This document shows, piece after piece, positions 29,735-40,301 of a DNA stretch of 64,000 nucleotides. The position numbers were made by a program, and so were the translations under genes. Source of the stretch: a virus; the IMG/VR virus record IMGVR_UViG_3300035698_012122, positions 1 through 64,000 of that record; one strand, given 5' to 3'. Under the pieces are notes generated by a model. It worked only from the letters and a program-made list of their open reading frames with translations, was not told the origin of the DNA and searched no databases. The stretch's first letter is position 1. Each line of letters starts with the position of its first letter.

Positions 29735-30508
29735 ATGTTACTAAAATTTGCAGATCATTTAAAACCATCTAAATCATTGAAAAGATTTCATAAAGGAATC
29801 GTAGTAGATAATGAAGACCCTGATAAATTGGGAAGAGTTAAATGTACTGTTAGCAGAATGTTTATAGGTGATAAAGCAAATTTACCATGGGTTTTTCCAA
29901 AGAATGATTCACCAGTAAAATTTGATGTTCCTAAATTAGGTGCAGAACTAATTATCATATTCCCTTTTGAAAATATTTATGCACCATTTCATGATGGTTA
30001 TTGGCATACACTGGACAATCACAATGATTACTTTGATGATGATTATCCTAATACTTCTGGTTTTTTCAAAGAGAATCTAAAAGGTAAATTTAACGATAAA
30101 TCCAAAGCTGGTGAAGTAGAACATAGTTCTGGAACTAAAGCAGAACTAGCAGATGATGGAAGCGTAACAGTGGCCATTGCAAAAGATTTAGAGTTAACTA
30201 TTGAAGGCAAATATGCCGTTAATGCTAAAGGTGATATGACCTTTGCAACAGATGCTAAAATAAGTTTTGCTGGTGCTGGTGGATTGGATTACACAACAGA
30301 TGGTAATGCAGTTTTTAAAGGTACTGGTGGAACTGATGTAGGTGATGCATCAAGTGCTACAAACGTAAAAGGTTCTGTAGTTAATTTAGCTGGTGGTGGT
30401 TCGGCAATCGCACTTCTTGGTTCACAATGTATAGGGTCAGGAAATCATGGAGCACCTGTTGTAAGTAATATTGTAGAAGGAAGTAGTAAGGTGTTTGCAC
30501 CAAAGTAG
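29735..30508 (+). CDS. Baseplate central spike (gp5/gpV OB-fold plus beta-helix)
   Basis: GIVVDNEDPDKLGRVKC, EHSSGT, glycine-rich beta repeats, GNHG near tip; no lysozyme domain seen. Confidence 0.85.
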   Translation: MLLKFADHLKPSKSLKRFHKGIVVDNEDPDKLGRVKCTVSRMFIGDKANLPWVFPKNDSPVKFDVPKLGAELIIIFPFENIYAPFHDGYWHTLDNHNDYFDDDYPNTSGFFKENLKGKFNDKSKAGEVEHSSGTKAELADDGSVTVAIAKDLELTIEGKYAVNAKGDMTFATDAKISFAGAGGLDYTTDGNAVFKGTGGTDVGDASSATNVKGSVVNLAGGGSAIALLGSQCIGSGNHGAPVVSNIVEGSSKVFAPK

Positions 30509-30513
30509 GATAG

Positions 30514-30855
30514 ATGAATTTATGTGAATCAATTAACTATGCAATAAACGAAGGTGTAAAAGACTTCATAAAAGAGAAGTTTAAAATCAAAGACGATGCC
30601 TTTGAAAAAACAGAACCAGATCATTGTGTTAAATCAATTGCTAAAACTAAAGATGGTTGGGTAGGATTTAGTCATAGAGCATACCATGAATTTAAAGTTG
30701 GTGATAAATTGTTCGATGCTAAATGGGATGATGATGGAAACCTAACTGAAGAAGAAGTTGAGAAACTAAAATTTGTAGAACGTGGTGCTAAAAAATGTAA
30801 AAATCAAGAAGACTGTAAACAAGCATCTGCAAATTTTGCACAATATGTATCATAA
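30514..30855 (+). CDS. Putative internal head protein (MNLCESIN leader)
   Basis: MNLCESINYAINE; WVGFSHRA..FKVGD..ANFAQYVS recalled as a recurrent phage motif. Confidence 0.6.
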   Translation: MNLCESINYAINEGVKDFIKEKFKIKDDAFEKTEPDHCVKSIAKTKDGWVGFSHRAYHEFKVGDKLFDAKWDDDGNLTEEEVEKLKFVERGAKKCKNQEDCKQASANFAQYVS

Positions 30856-30870
30856 CCATAAGGGGTAAAT

Positions 30871-31287
30871 ATGAAATCAATTAACGAAGCAATGAAAGAT
30901 TTTAAACTAAATGAGAAAAAAGAAAAGGTATCAGAAGCTAAATCAACTTTCACATTAGACAGTATGCCAGATGAAAAAGAAGCTATGAAAATTCTTAAAG
31001 ATGGTGGAATTAGTTTTTCTAATAAAAAGAACAAGTTCACATTTGACGATAAAGATTACGATAAAGCAGTTAAGATGCTTAATGCTAAAGAAATTGAAGG
31101 CATTGATGAGAAAAAAGCTGATGAAGCAACAATGTTTCCATCTGAAAAGAAATTCTATAGTGGAATAGAAACAGTTTATAAAATACTTAATTCAGCTAAA
31201 GACAAAACAGCTTCTAAAGAACTTGTTTCTGAATTGGCTAAATTAGAAAATAAAATGCTTAAATTTTTAAGAGCTGAAGATATATAG
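30871..31287 (+). CDS. Putative internal head protein (MKSINEAM leader)
   Basis: MKSINEAMKDFKLNE; VSE-A and ADE-A linkers. Confidence 0.6.
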   Translation: MKSINEAMKDFKLNEKKEKVSEAKSTFTLDSMPDEKEAMKILKDGGISFSNKKNKFTFDDKDYDKAVKMLNAKEIEGIDEKKADEATMFPSEKKFYSGIETVYKILNSAKDKTASKELVSELAKLENKMLKFLRAEDI

Positions 31288-31297
31288 GAATTTTTGA

Positions 31298-32833
31298 ATG
31301 AGCTTAGATTTTACAGATTCACAGATAAAAACAATGTCATTGGATGTTTTAGAACTTCCAAAGATTATTGATTTCCCATTAGACCCTCAAACAGGTGATG
31401 GTGGAACTGGATTAATTCAGCAACAAGAAGCTGTAATAACTGCTAAGAACGCTTTACTTGTAACAGACCAACAGAACAAAGTATTCACAGATCATTGGAC
31501 ATTGGTATCTAATGAGTACCACCTAGAGCTTGAAAAACTATCATTACTTAATAGAACAACTTACCTAGATTCTGATTTAGTTTTAGGTGCACAATCTTTT
31601 CCACCTCATTATACTATAGACCATCCTGAATTAGTTCCAATTGTTATTCCATCATTAAATGGTAATCCAGTTGTTGCTTCTTCATTTCCTGAAAACCATG
31701 AAGATAAATTAGATAGTTTAAATAGTTTAATCGACACTTATTTAAATGGTAAGTCTGGTTCTTCAGATGATGAACTAACAGAATCATGGGTAGAGAGTGT
31801 AGCAGTTGGTGTTCAAAGTGGAACTAATTTTACAAATGGTGAATTAGTCTTCATGACTCAAGGTTCTAACATAATGTTAGCTGAAGTAGTTGCACAAGGT
31901 GGTTACTGTACTGGTGAAACACCACCTTTATCAGGTGTAGATGAAGCAACTTGTTTATTAAATACTGGTACATGGACGCATACAATTACTTTAACTGCTT
32001 TATCAACACCATTAGCTTTTAGTTCGGGTGCTGATATAACAAATTCAATGACAGCTTTTTCAAATGCAGAACGTGGAAGGCAAGTTGGTCAAACAGCACA
32101 GAGATTAGCCTTAATGGAATTTTTTGAAACAGAAATAAATGCTTCATTTGTAGATATTCAATCTTTCACTCAAGACATCGTAGATAATTTAATTTTAAAT
32201 GATGACACCAATGCAACTAGAAAAGCAGATAATCAAATTTATATAGATGCTTCCATTGTAAAAATTGATGAAATAGATTTATGGGAATTAGAAACCATTA
32301 CTGCAATAGATGGTAGATATACAGATGATAAATTACCTCAACTACAAGCGTCAATAGCTTTAATATCCCCACTTAATACAGACCGAATAGCTCAAATAAT
32401 TACAATGCTTGGAAGTGTAACTGATAACGGTGGTGCTGATGTTGTTGGTGATGGTGTTTATTTTGATAACTGGAAGTTCGTAGTTATCCGTATAGCGAAG
32501 TCTGGTGGAACATTGTACGGTTGGTATGGGATGGAATTAGCAGTGGCCCATTTCGATATTAAAATAGCTAACGCTAATTCCCAACTAGAAGAGTATGAGA
32601 ATATAATAGATGTTAAAAAGCTAACTGAAGATGTTGAATTAGGGGAAAATGAAGTTACCCTTGAAAATGTAACAGATTTAAGCGAAACTGAAGATATAAA
32701 AGTTTTTGATAATGAAACCACTGTTTTCAATACGACTATTCAATCAATCAATGGCAACATTGTCACATTAGATCAAAGCCTACCATTTGAATTATTAACA
32801 GGGAATTTAGCCCGATTGGTAAAGGTAAAATAA
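31298..32833 (+). CDS. Baseplate-associated structural protein, function unknown
   Basis: 511 aa, acidic, between spike and gp25-like gene. Confidence 0.5.
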   Translation: MSLDFTDSQIKTMSLDVLELPKIIDFPLDPQTGDGGTGLIQQQEAVITAKNALLVTDQQNKVFTDHWTLVSNEYHLELEKLSLLNRTTYLDSDLVLGAQSFPPHYTIDHPELVPIVIPSLNGNPVVASSFPENHEDKLDSLNSLIDTYLNGKSGSSDDELTESWVESVAVGVQSGTNFTNGELVFMTQGSNIMLAEVVAQGGYCTGETPPLSGVDEATCLLNTGTWTHTITLTALSTPLAFSSGADITNSMTAFSNAERGRQVGQTAQRLALMEFFETEINASFVDIQSFTQDIVDNLILNDDTNATRKADNQIYIDASIVKIDEIDLWELETITAIDGRYTDDKLPQLQASIALISPLNTDRIAQIITMLGSVTDNGGADVVGDGVYFDNWKFVVIRIAKSGGTLYGWYGMELAVAHFDIKIANANSQLEEYENIIDVKKLTEDVELGENEVTLENVTDLSETEDIKVFDNETTVFNTTIQSINGNIVTLDQSLPFELLTGNLARLVKVK

Positions 32834-33193
32834 ATGTATAAAGATATAAACGTATATAATCCGAAATTAAAACCTGAAGTAGTAGATATTAATTCCATTC
32901 AACAGAGTTTGATAAATCTAATACTTACAAGGCCCGGTGAAAGACCATTTAATGTTCAATACGGAATTAATACTGAAGATATGTTATTTGATTTAGCAGA
33001 TGACACAACAGCTTTGAGTTTATACAATGAGCTGATTGCAAAAGTAAGATTGTTTGAACCACGAGTAAAGTTAAATACATCGGAAACTGATGTAACAGCA
33101 GACCTAGACAACAATGCAATAAATATTAAATTAGTTTTTGAGATAATAGGCTTTGAAGGAACACAATACGAAGTACAACAGGCCGTGACTTAA
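32834..33193 (+). CDS. Baseplate wedge gp25/gpW-like
   Basis: NLILTRPGERPFN..YG and FEPRV. Confidence 0.92.
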   Translation: MYKDINVYNPKLKPEVVDINSIQQSLINLILTRPGERPFNVQYGINTEDMLFDLADDTTALSLYNELIAKVRLFEPRVKLNTSETDVTADLDNNAINIKLVFEIIGFEGTQYEVQQAVT

Positions 33194-33203
33194 TAGGATA
33201 AAT

Positions 33204-35153
33204 ATGAGCGAATATATAATTGACCCATCTAGTGTAAGTTTTGAAGAAGTTAAAGCTGATTTAATTACTTATTCTGATTCATTACCAGATAGTGTTGAGT
33301 GGGATGTATTTTTTGCATCTTCAGGTGGTATGCAACTTATAGAATATATTTCTGCATTACGAGCTGTTTTATCTTATGACAATATTGTAGCTAGAAGAGA
33401 AAACTTTATTCAATTCGCTAAAAACCGATCTTCTAAAATTGGGGTATCTCAATTCTTAGGCTATTCTGCTTTTAGAGGTAGAAATGCAATTATAGATGTT
33501 ACCTATACACCAATAGCATCAGGAATTTTACCAGCTTACCATATTCTAGGAACTGTTAAAGAAGTTGATTTAGTTCTTCTAACAGAAACACCTATAAATG
33601 CTGGTGTAGAAATAACTGTTCAATGTATGATTGGTGAAGTTGGTGAAGAAGATTCAATTGCTTCTTCAAGCGGTTTAGGACTTTTCAAATATAGAACACC
33701 AAATGTTTCAGATGAATTAAAAGTTTTTATAGACGGTGTAGAAGTTGCTACTACTGAAGACACTGTTGAGCTATTAGAAGGCTTTGCACAAGTACAAACA
33801 AACCCATTTGGAAGTGTAGATGTTAAGTATCTAAATTTTCCAGCATTTCCAATAGTATATAATACTGGTGGAATTATAAAAATACAGTTCATCAAATTAA
33901 AAGATGTAGATTTTGTTTTATCTGATGTCTCATTAGATGAGGCCGAAGGTGTTTTAGGTGCATTAGTTATTAATGAAATATACCAAGCAATCGAAACAAA
34001 CTTATCAATTGAAATAAATGCACCTTTAAGAAACGAAACTAAATTACACGTTAGAGGCCGAAGGGATGATGGAAAAGTTTTAAAACAATTAGATGCTTCT
34101 ATCATTGATGCAAAATCAAAAGATGTTGATGGAGTGGCCGCGATCATGGAAGTTTATTATCTTAGAACTGGTGAAGTTAGATATACACCAGCAGAAAAAG
34201 CAGATTTACTTATTGCTTTTGAACCATATAGACCAAACGGATTATTACCACCAATTATAAAAGAACCTTCACGAGCTATTAGAACTTTTAAAATTACAAT
34301 TTATAGAGTGCCACAAACTACTGGTGATATAACTGGAACTATTGATACCATCATGGCCCAATACGAATACCTTTTAGGTGTAACTATTAACATCCATGAT
34401 ATTGAAGCACAGTTAGAAGCATTTTCTTTTATCAAAGTTGCTAGAATCGAATATGTTTCAGCACCATGGGAAGCATCTACAGGTTATGAAATTGGTGCTC
34501 AAGTTCTACCTACAACAGAAAATGGTAAAGTGTATGAAGTCTTCAGACATATCTTATCAAGTGGAGCATCAGAACCAACATGGCCTTTGGTAGGTGCTAG
34601 TACAGTTATTGATGGTGATTTAATTTGGCAAACTTATATTAAATCAGATACTACTGAAATTCCAGAATGGGAAGCTGATACTGAATACACATTTGATAGA
34701 AAAGTAAAAGTAGTTGGTGGAGTTGAAAATGGTTTTGCATTTAAAGTAATTGGTTTTGTAAATTACTCTGGTGCTTTAGAACCAGTATGGCCAATATTAG
34801 ATGGTGCATTAGTTGATGATTTCGTAGGTACAATTGTTTACGATAAAGATATTATTTATAGAGCATTAGCTTTAGAAGACACACCGCCTATGTGGTTAGC
34901 AGATAATATTTATGAAGGTGGTGAAACTATAATCCCAACTGATGCAATCGTATCAGATAATGTTGGAATTATGTGGCAAGTATTTGGCTTTGTAAGAGCA
35001 TCAGATGTTTCAGAACCAACATTTCCTACAACTTTAGAATCTCTGGTAACAGATGGAAAAGTTGTATGGCAAACCAAAGACCCAAAAGAAGTTGAATCAA
35101 CATTAGATAAATCACAATACACCGTGATTACAAAACAAACGACAATAGAATAA
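33204..35153 (+). CDS. Baseplate wedge gp6/J-like with three C-terminal Trp-rich repeats
   Basis: SFEEVKADL, RENFIQFA, LGY; repeats W..Y..G / SG.EP.WP / DG..W. Confidence 0.8.
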   Translation: MSEYIIDPSSVSFEEVKADLITYSDSLPDSVEWDVFFASSGGMQLIEYISALRAVLSYDNIVARRENFIQFAKNRSSKIGVSQFLGYSAFRGRNAIIDVTYTPIASGILPAYHILGTVKEVDLVLLTETPINAGVEITVQCMIGEVGEEDSIASSSGLGLFKYRTPNVSDELKVFIDGVEVATTEDTVELLEGFAQVQTNPFGSVDVKYLNFPAFPIVYNTGGIIKIQFIKLKDVDFVLSDVSLDEAEGVLGALVINEIYQAIETNLSIEINAPLRNETKLHVRGRRDDGKVLKQLDASIIDAKSKDVDGVAAIMEVYYLRTGEVRYTPAEKADLLIAFEPYRPNGLLPPIIKEPSRAIRTFKITIYRVPQTTGDITGTIDTIMAQYEYLLGVTINIHDIEAQLEAFSFIKVARIEYVSAPWEASTGYEIGAQVLPTTENGKVYEVFRHILSSGASEPTWPLVGASTVIDGDLIWQTYIKSDTTEIPEWEADTEYTFDRKVKVVGGVENGFAFKVIGFVNYSGALEPVWPILDGALVDDFVGTIVYDKDIIYRALALEDTPPMWLADNIYEGGETIIPTDAIVSDNVGIMWQVFGFVRASDVSEPTFPTTLESLVTDGKVVWQTKDPKEVESTLDKSQYTVITKQTTIE

Positions 35154-35154
35154 T

Positions 35155-35760
35155 ATGAGCGTAGAACTAGAAGAAATTGTTTCATTATATATTCCTAAAC
35201 ATCTTAGGGAAACACCACTATATGTAAAAGTTCAAGAATTAATGTTGTATGTAGTTGAGCAATCTATTGAAGAACTTAAAGATGTAAAATTTAAATATAA
35301 AGACAATACACAAATTTCATCTGATGCTGTTAAGAACACAATTTTAGAACAGGGTTTCGGATATATAGTTGACGTAATGGACACTGTAGAAAACCTAGAA
35401 TTTAATACTATGTTATCTTTTATGGACGTAGTTAATCAATTGAAAGGAACTAGAGCTGGATTAGAATTAGTCCTTAAATTAATGGGGTTTGATTCAATAG
35501 TAAATGAGTGGTGGGAAGACCCTAGCATTGAAAAAGATAAATGGAGTTACGAAATAATTGTTATTTTTAACAGTTCTAATGTTCCAGATATTTTTAATAC
35601 TGTTGAAAAAGTTAGAGAGTTTTCTGATAATTATGTACTAGGAAAAATTTCAAACATTGACATCAGATTTAGTGCAACTAATTTTGCATCTATTCCAGCA
35701 GTTATGTCAGGCTTTACCCATGTAACACACTTTGTTAGGATTACAGAACGTGCTTACTAG
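35155..35760 (+). CDS. Baseplate wedge/tail protein I-like
   Basis: KGTRAGLELVL..NEWWE after the J-like gene. Confidence 0.7.
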   Translation: MSVELEEIVSLYIPKHLRETPLYVKVQELMLYVVEQSIEELKDVKFKYKDNTQISSDAVKNTILEQGFGYIVDVMDTVENLEFNTMLSFMDVVNQLKGTRAGLELVLKLMGFDSIVNEWWEDPSIEKDKWSYEIIVIFNSSNVPDIFNTVEKVREFSDNYVLGKISNIDIRFSATNFASIPAVMSGFTHVTHFVRITERAY

Positions 35761-35867
35761 CATAACAAAATTGTACTTATTGAAATTAAGATATAAGCAA
35801 TGTACTATTTACCTATAAATAAAACATTAGGAATTTAGTAAAAAATATAAACACATAAGGTAATGAT

Positions 35868-38800
35868 ATGATTTTCGGTCTTTTTACAACAAAAGGTATA
35901 GAAGAATCAATTGATTCGGCAAATAATGAAGGGTTTTTTATATTCCCAACCAGTTTTGGAGTCAGTGATGTAGCTGGTGATTTATTAAAATCACGAGAGT
36001 TACCAACTGCTGGTGAATTTTATGTTGCACCAGTTTCAAGCAGAATACCAGTTGATTCAAATACCGTTAAAGTAACCTGTACAATTCCACAATCTCAAAC
36101 TGCTGGAATAAAAGATATAAAAGAAATAGTTTTATATGCTGAAAACTCAGCTAGTGAAACTTTTATGTTAGCTTTAGGCCAACCATCAGATGACCTAGTT
36201 TATAATCCAGATGGAACAGTAACTTTAGAAGTTCAAATTGCATTACTAGATGTTGATGTAGCTGGAAACTTTGTATTCAATAATACTCAAGCAACAGAAT
36301 TACTAGAACATAATACAGACCCTAATGCACATATCGAAATGATAACTGCAATGTCTAAAGCTGGTATTTTAATTCCAATGGGTGGAATACCTTTTGAACA
36401 TAGAGGGCAATCATTCCAACAAGATATTGAATTTGATGGAACAAAAGCAAATGCAGTTGTTGGTGGATTAAATTTTGAAGGAAAATATAACGGAGTAGAA
36501 GGTAACTTAATTACTCTAACTTTTGACGGTGTTTTAACAGCAGATGAAGTAATGGTTACTTGGAACAATGCTAATCCAACTAACATGGTAACTCATGACG
36601 GTGTTGGAACTGAAGTAATTGCTTCACAAGTTGTAGTTCTAACAGGTGGTTCATATCTAGTAGCGGATAAAGATAATGTTTATAGAGCATCAGATGGTTT
36701 ATACAAAACTGCTATAGCAGATGGTTCTGAAAAAACTAATGCAGTTGCAAGTGCGAGAATTGCAGAACGCATGGTAGTTTTTGGAACTGGTCTATTAGAT
36801 ATTACAACTGGTTTTGCAGTTGGAGATAAATTATATCTTAGTTCAACTGTTGCTGGTGGATTTTCAAATTTAAACAATGGTGTTTCATTAGGTATTGTTT
36901 TAGAAGCTGGATTGATACTTTATACAGGTTTCAATGCATCTGCTGATATAGAATCAAGTCAAACATTTGAAGCGGTTGTAACAGATGTTTCAGGGTTGGG
37001 ATTATTTGTAAGTACACAAGATGCAATTGATGCAATTCCATCTGGTAGTAGAATACTAGTTGATAAATTAGAACTTGTTAAAGAGACAATAGATACTAAT
37101 GGTAAAACATTAGACATTGTATTTAACGGAGTTGATAAAGGTTGGAAAAACTTTGAAGGTCAAGTAGCTTCATTTGGAATTACTTTTGATGCAATTCCTG
37201 ATGCTGGTACATTTAGAATGGAATGGTTAGCACAAGAATCTGCTGATTTACCATTTAATGCAACAGCTAGTGAAATAGAAGATGAGTTTAATTTATTCTC
37301 TGGTCATACAGGTGTTGTTGTAACAGGTGATTTTGCAACTGGTTTTGTATTTACTTTTGCAGATGAATTTCCACAACCTATTCCAACATTTATATATGCT
37401 GGACATAATGAAAAACAAAGATTCGAGTTTGGTAACATTCCAGATGATGGAACAGTTACTTTTGAACATGATACTAATCAAACACTAAATTTTCCATGGG
37501 ATGATTTAGCTGTTGATTTAAAATCTGCTTTAGAAGCATTACCATCAATTACAGATGTAATTATAACTGGTAACTTTGCAGACCAATTTTTTGAAGTAGA
37601 ATTTGATGGTGGTGTATTAGTAGATGGTTTACAACCAAGAAATGATATTTCAGTTGTAATGGCCGATTTAGATCAAACAGCAACTACTACAACTATAAAT
37701 GGAATTGACCCATCAGTAACAGTTCCAATTGACCCTATAACAGTTATTCAAGGTAAATATCCAGCATCAAACCTTAGAACAGGTGGTGGAGCAAATACAG
37801 ATATTCTTATCACGGTAACTGAATTATCTTCTGGTGAACCTATAGGGCCTGAAACAGCTATCATATTAGATGCTTCAAATGTTAAAATGACAGGTTACGG
37901 ATTAGTTCAAAACTTTAAAAATGGTATTGATGTAAATCAACAAGATCAAGCCGTTATAGAAATGAGATTTTCAAATGTAACCAATCCTATCTTATCTGGT
38001 AATTTAAAATCAGGTGTTGATGTTGATTTCTCAAACACATTAGGTTTTGCAAAAGATTTATTTGCACAATTAAAATTATCTCAAGACCCTACCAATCCAA
38101 AACGAGTTGTAATTTCTGGTGCTGATGAAATATTAGCTTCTGGAATTACTCTCTCTCATGAATTGAATGGATTACTATTCGCTTTTGAAGGTGCAACAGT
38201 AGATTATTCAACTGGTGAAGTATTTGCTAAAGATGGTGTAACTCCATTAGGCCTAGATTTCACACCAGTAATTCCTTCAGCAGAACAATTTGTTTGGTCA
38301 TCAATTGCTTTAATACCTCAAGACCAAACAACAGATGGAAGATTATCTGGACAACTATTAGTTCTATTCGGTGAAGGTGAAGGTGCAACAGCAGAACTTG
38401 CTAACAAAGCACCATTCGGTGGTTCTAAACCAATTGGACAAGTTTACCTAGAAGGTGATTTAGGTGAAGAAGAAATAACTTTATTTATTGCTACTCGTGA
38501 CCAGTTTGGAAGTTTAGATACTTTACATACTATTATTTACGATGATGTTGGTTCTGTAGCAGTATGGTTTGACATTGATAATAACGGTTCAACAGAACCA
38601 GCACATGGTGCGAGTAGATCAATAAAAGTAACTGGTGCAATTGAAAACGATGACCCTAATGCTATAGCAGTTGCTTATCATGCAGTTGTAAATGCAGATT
38701 CTAAATTTACAGCTACAATTTCTAGTAACAGAGTAACAGTTACTTCAATTGGAATTGGTGAAAGAATAGATGCAACTGAAGGAACTACAGAATTTGATGT

Positions 38801-40292
38801 TTCAATAGTCCAACAAGGTAGATCAACTGATGCAACTGGTTTAGTAGATATTGCAAATGCAAACATCAAACAGATTCAAGCTGGAAGCGGTGGTGGTTCT
38901 GGTGGTGGTGGGCCAAGTCTATTACAAGATTTAAAATTTCAATTAAAAGACAGTGCATATAACTATTTATTTTGGAGTGTATTTGGAACTGACATAGCAA
39001 CTAAAGTTGAAACATTTGATGGTTCATATAGTTATGCAGATACGGCCTTTAAATTAGAAGCTGGACAATTCTTTGAAACAGTAACAGCATTAAAAGCTGG
39101 TTTTCTATCGCTTGAAACTATTTTATCTCAAGCTGATTTAACTGTTAAATATAAAGATAAAACTGTAGCAGACCCAAATGCAATATATGAATTGTTAATT
39201 GGTGGATCAACTTACCAAACAATTGATATGGAACAAATTGGAGCATCAGATACATTTGTAGGTACTTCAAAGTTCGATAGAAGCCTAATAACTACTTCAA
39301 CTCTAAGTGAGTACCCTGTTTCAAATGCTGATGCAATTTTAGCTTTAAACGCTACTAGTGCTCAAAATATAACTCAAGAATTTCTAGCTAATGCAGATTA
39401 TGAAGCATATACAAAATTAACTGTATTCTTAAATAAATTAGGTAGTCCAACTGGATTTATAAAAATTAAAGCAGTAGCAGATGTTGCTGGTGAAGCATCA
39501 GATTTAGCTGATGACTTATTATGGGAATCTGGGTTTTTAGATATAGCACTTCTAGCTTCAGGTGATTCAATACAGGAATTTGGATTAGCTAATAATGTTT
39601 TAACTCCAACTGTAAAATTTCATATAGTTTTTGAAACAGATGCAACTTATAAAGATAATGGTTATGATGCTGGAATAGATTCTATAAACCTTAGAGTAGA
39701 TGCTTCAGCACCAAGTATTCCAGTATCTAAAGTATATGATGGAGCAACTTATTCTAATTCAGCAGTTTCTTCATGTTACATATTAGAAGGATATTTAAAC
39801 GAACTAAAACTAAAGATAACTTCTAGTGTAGATACACTAATAGACGGTTTTGGATTGTTCTTTGGATTAGAAGATAATCTTTCAATTAGTTCTGGTTATC
39901 CATCACAACAATTTTATGTAGATGGGAATACTGGTAAAACAATTTTTCCAGTGACAAAATTTACTTTAAATGCTGAAATACTAAAAGTAGATAATTCTTT
40001 AACAGGACAATCATGGTCTTTTCCGGCTTTTAGTGTAGATGCTGAAACAAACTCAGTAATCTTTGAAGATGGATTTTTTGAAGTGGAAGATGAAGTGTTT
40101 GCAGTTAAAATTTACCACCATAGTTCGGGTGCAGTTGATAACTCTGATACAAACGCATTGGATTTAGCTGAAGCTCATATAGGCAGGTTTAAGGCATCAG
40201 GTAGAGGTATTCCAATGCAATTGGATAACAGCACTGTAGTTAGTGAAATGTTTTTAGATGAAAACGGATTAATAGCATTTAGAACCGTATAG
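35868..40292 (+). CDS. Large tail fibre/baseplate fibre-attachment protein
   Basis: 1474 aa; fibre-type N-terminus and HNTDPNAH motif; duplicated domain (IPDAGT../IPDDGT..); multi-domain beta-rich. Confidence 0.75.
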   Translation: MIFGLFTTKGIEESIDSANNEGFFIFPTSFGVSDVAGDLLKSRELPTAGEFYVAPVSSRIPVDSNTVKVTCTIPQSQTAGIKDIKEIVLYAENSASETFMLALGQPSDDLVYNPDGTVTLEVQIALLDVDVAGNFVFNNTQATELLEHNTDPNAHIEMITAMSKAGILIPMGGIPFEHRGQSFQQDIEFDGTKANAVVGGLNFEGKYNGVEGNLITLTFDGVLTADEVMVTWNNANPTNMVTHDGVGTEVIASQVVVLTGGSYLVADKDNVYRASDGLYKTAIADGSEKTNAVASARIAERMVVFGTGLLDITTGFAVGDKLYLSSTVAGGFSNLNNGVSLGIVLEAGLILYTGFNASADIESSQTFEAVVTDVSGLGLFVSTQDAIDAIPSGSRILVDKLELVKETIDTNGKTLDIVFNGVDKGWKNFEGQVASFGITFDAIPDAGTFRMEWLAQESADLPFNATASEIEDEFNLFSGHTGVVVTGDFATGFVFTFADEFPQPIPTFIYAGHNEKQRFEFGNIPDDGTVTFEHDTNQTLNFPWDDLAVDLKSALEALPSITDVIITGNFADQFFEVEFDGGVLVDGLQPRNDISVVMADLDQTATTTTINGIDPSVTVPIDPITVIQGKYPASNLRTGGGANTDILITVTELSSGEPIGPETAIILDASNVKMTGYGLVQNFKNGIDVNQQDQAVIEMRFSNVTNPILSGNLKSGVDVDFSNTLGFAKDLFAQLKLSQDPTNPKRVVISGADEILASGITLSHELNGLLFAFEGATVDYSTGEVFAKDGVTPLGLDFTPVIPSAEQFVWSSIALIPQDQTTDGRLSGQLLVLFGEGEGATAELANKAPFGGSKPIGQVYLEGDLGEEEITLFIATRDQFGSLDTLHTIIYDDVGSVAVWFDIDNNGSTEPAHGASRSIKVTGAIENDDPNAIAVAYHAVVNADSKFTATISSNRVTVTSIGIGERIDATEGTTEFDVSIVQQGRSTDATGLVDIANANIKQIQAGSGGGSGGGGPSLLQDLKFQLKDSAYNYLFWSVFGTDIATKVETFDGSYSYADTAFKLEAGQFFETVTALKAGFLSLETILSQADLTVKYKDKTVADPNAIYELLIGGSTYQTIDMEQIGASDTFVGTSKFDRSLITTSTLSEYPVSNADAILALNATSAQNITQEFLANADYEAYTKLTVFLNKLGSPTGFIKIKAVADVAGEASDLADDLLWESGFLDIALLASGDSIQEFGLANNVLTPTVKFHIVFETDATYKDNGYDAGIDSINLRVDASAPSIPVSKVYDGATYSNSAVSSCYILEGYLNELKLKITSSVDTLIDGFGLFFGLEDNLSISSGYPSQQFYVDGNTGKTIFPVTKFTLNAEILKVDNSLTGQSWSFPAFSVDAETNSVIFEDGFFEVEDEVFAVKIYHHSSGAVDNSDTNALDLAEAHIGRFKASGRGIPMQLDNSTVVSEMFLDENGLIAFRTV

Positions 40293-40301
40293 GAAATCAA
40301 T

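Noticed and set aside
35814-35821. TATAAATA T4-type late promoter before the large fibre gene
   Set aside because: Single match in AT-rich DNA, not consistently upstream of other late genes, and no gp55-like gene in the window
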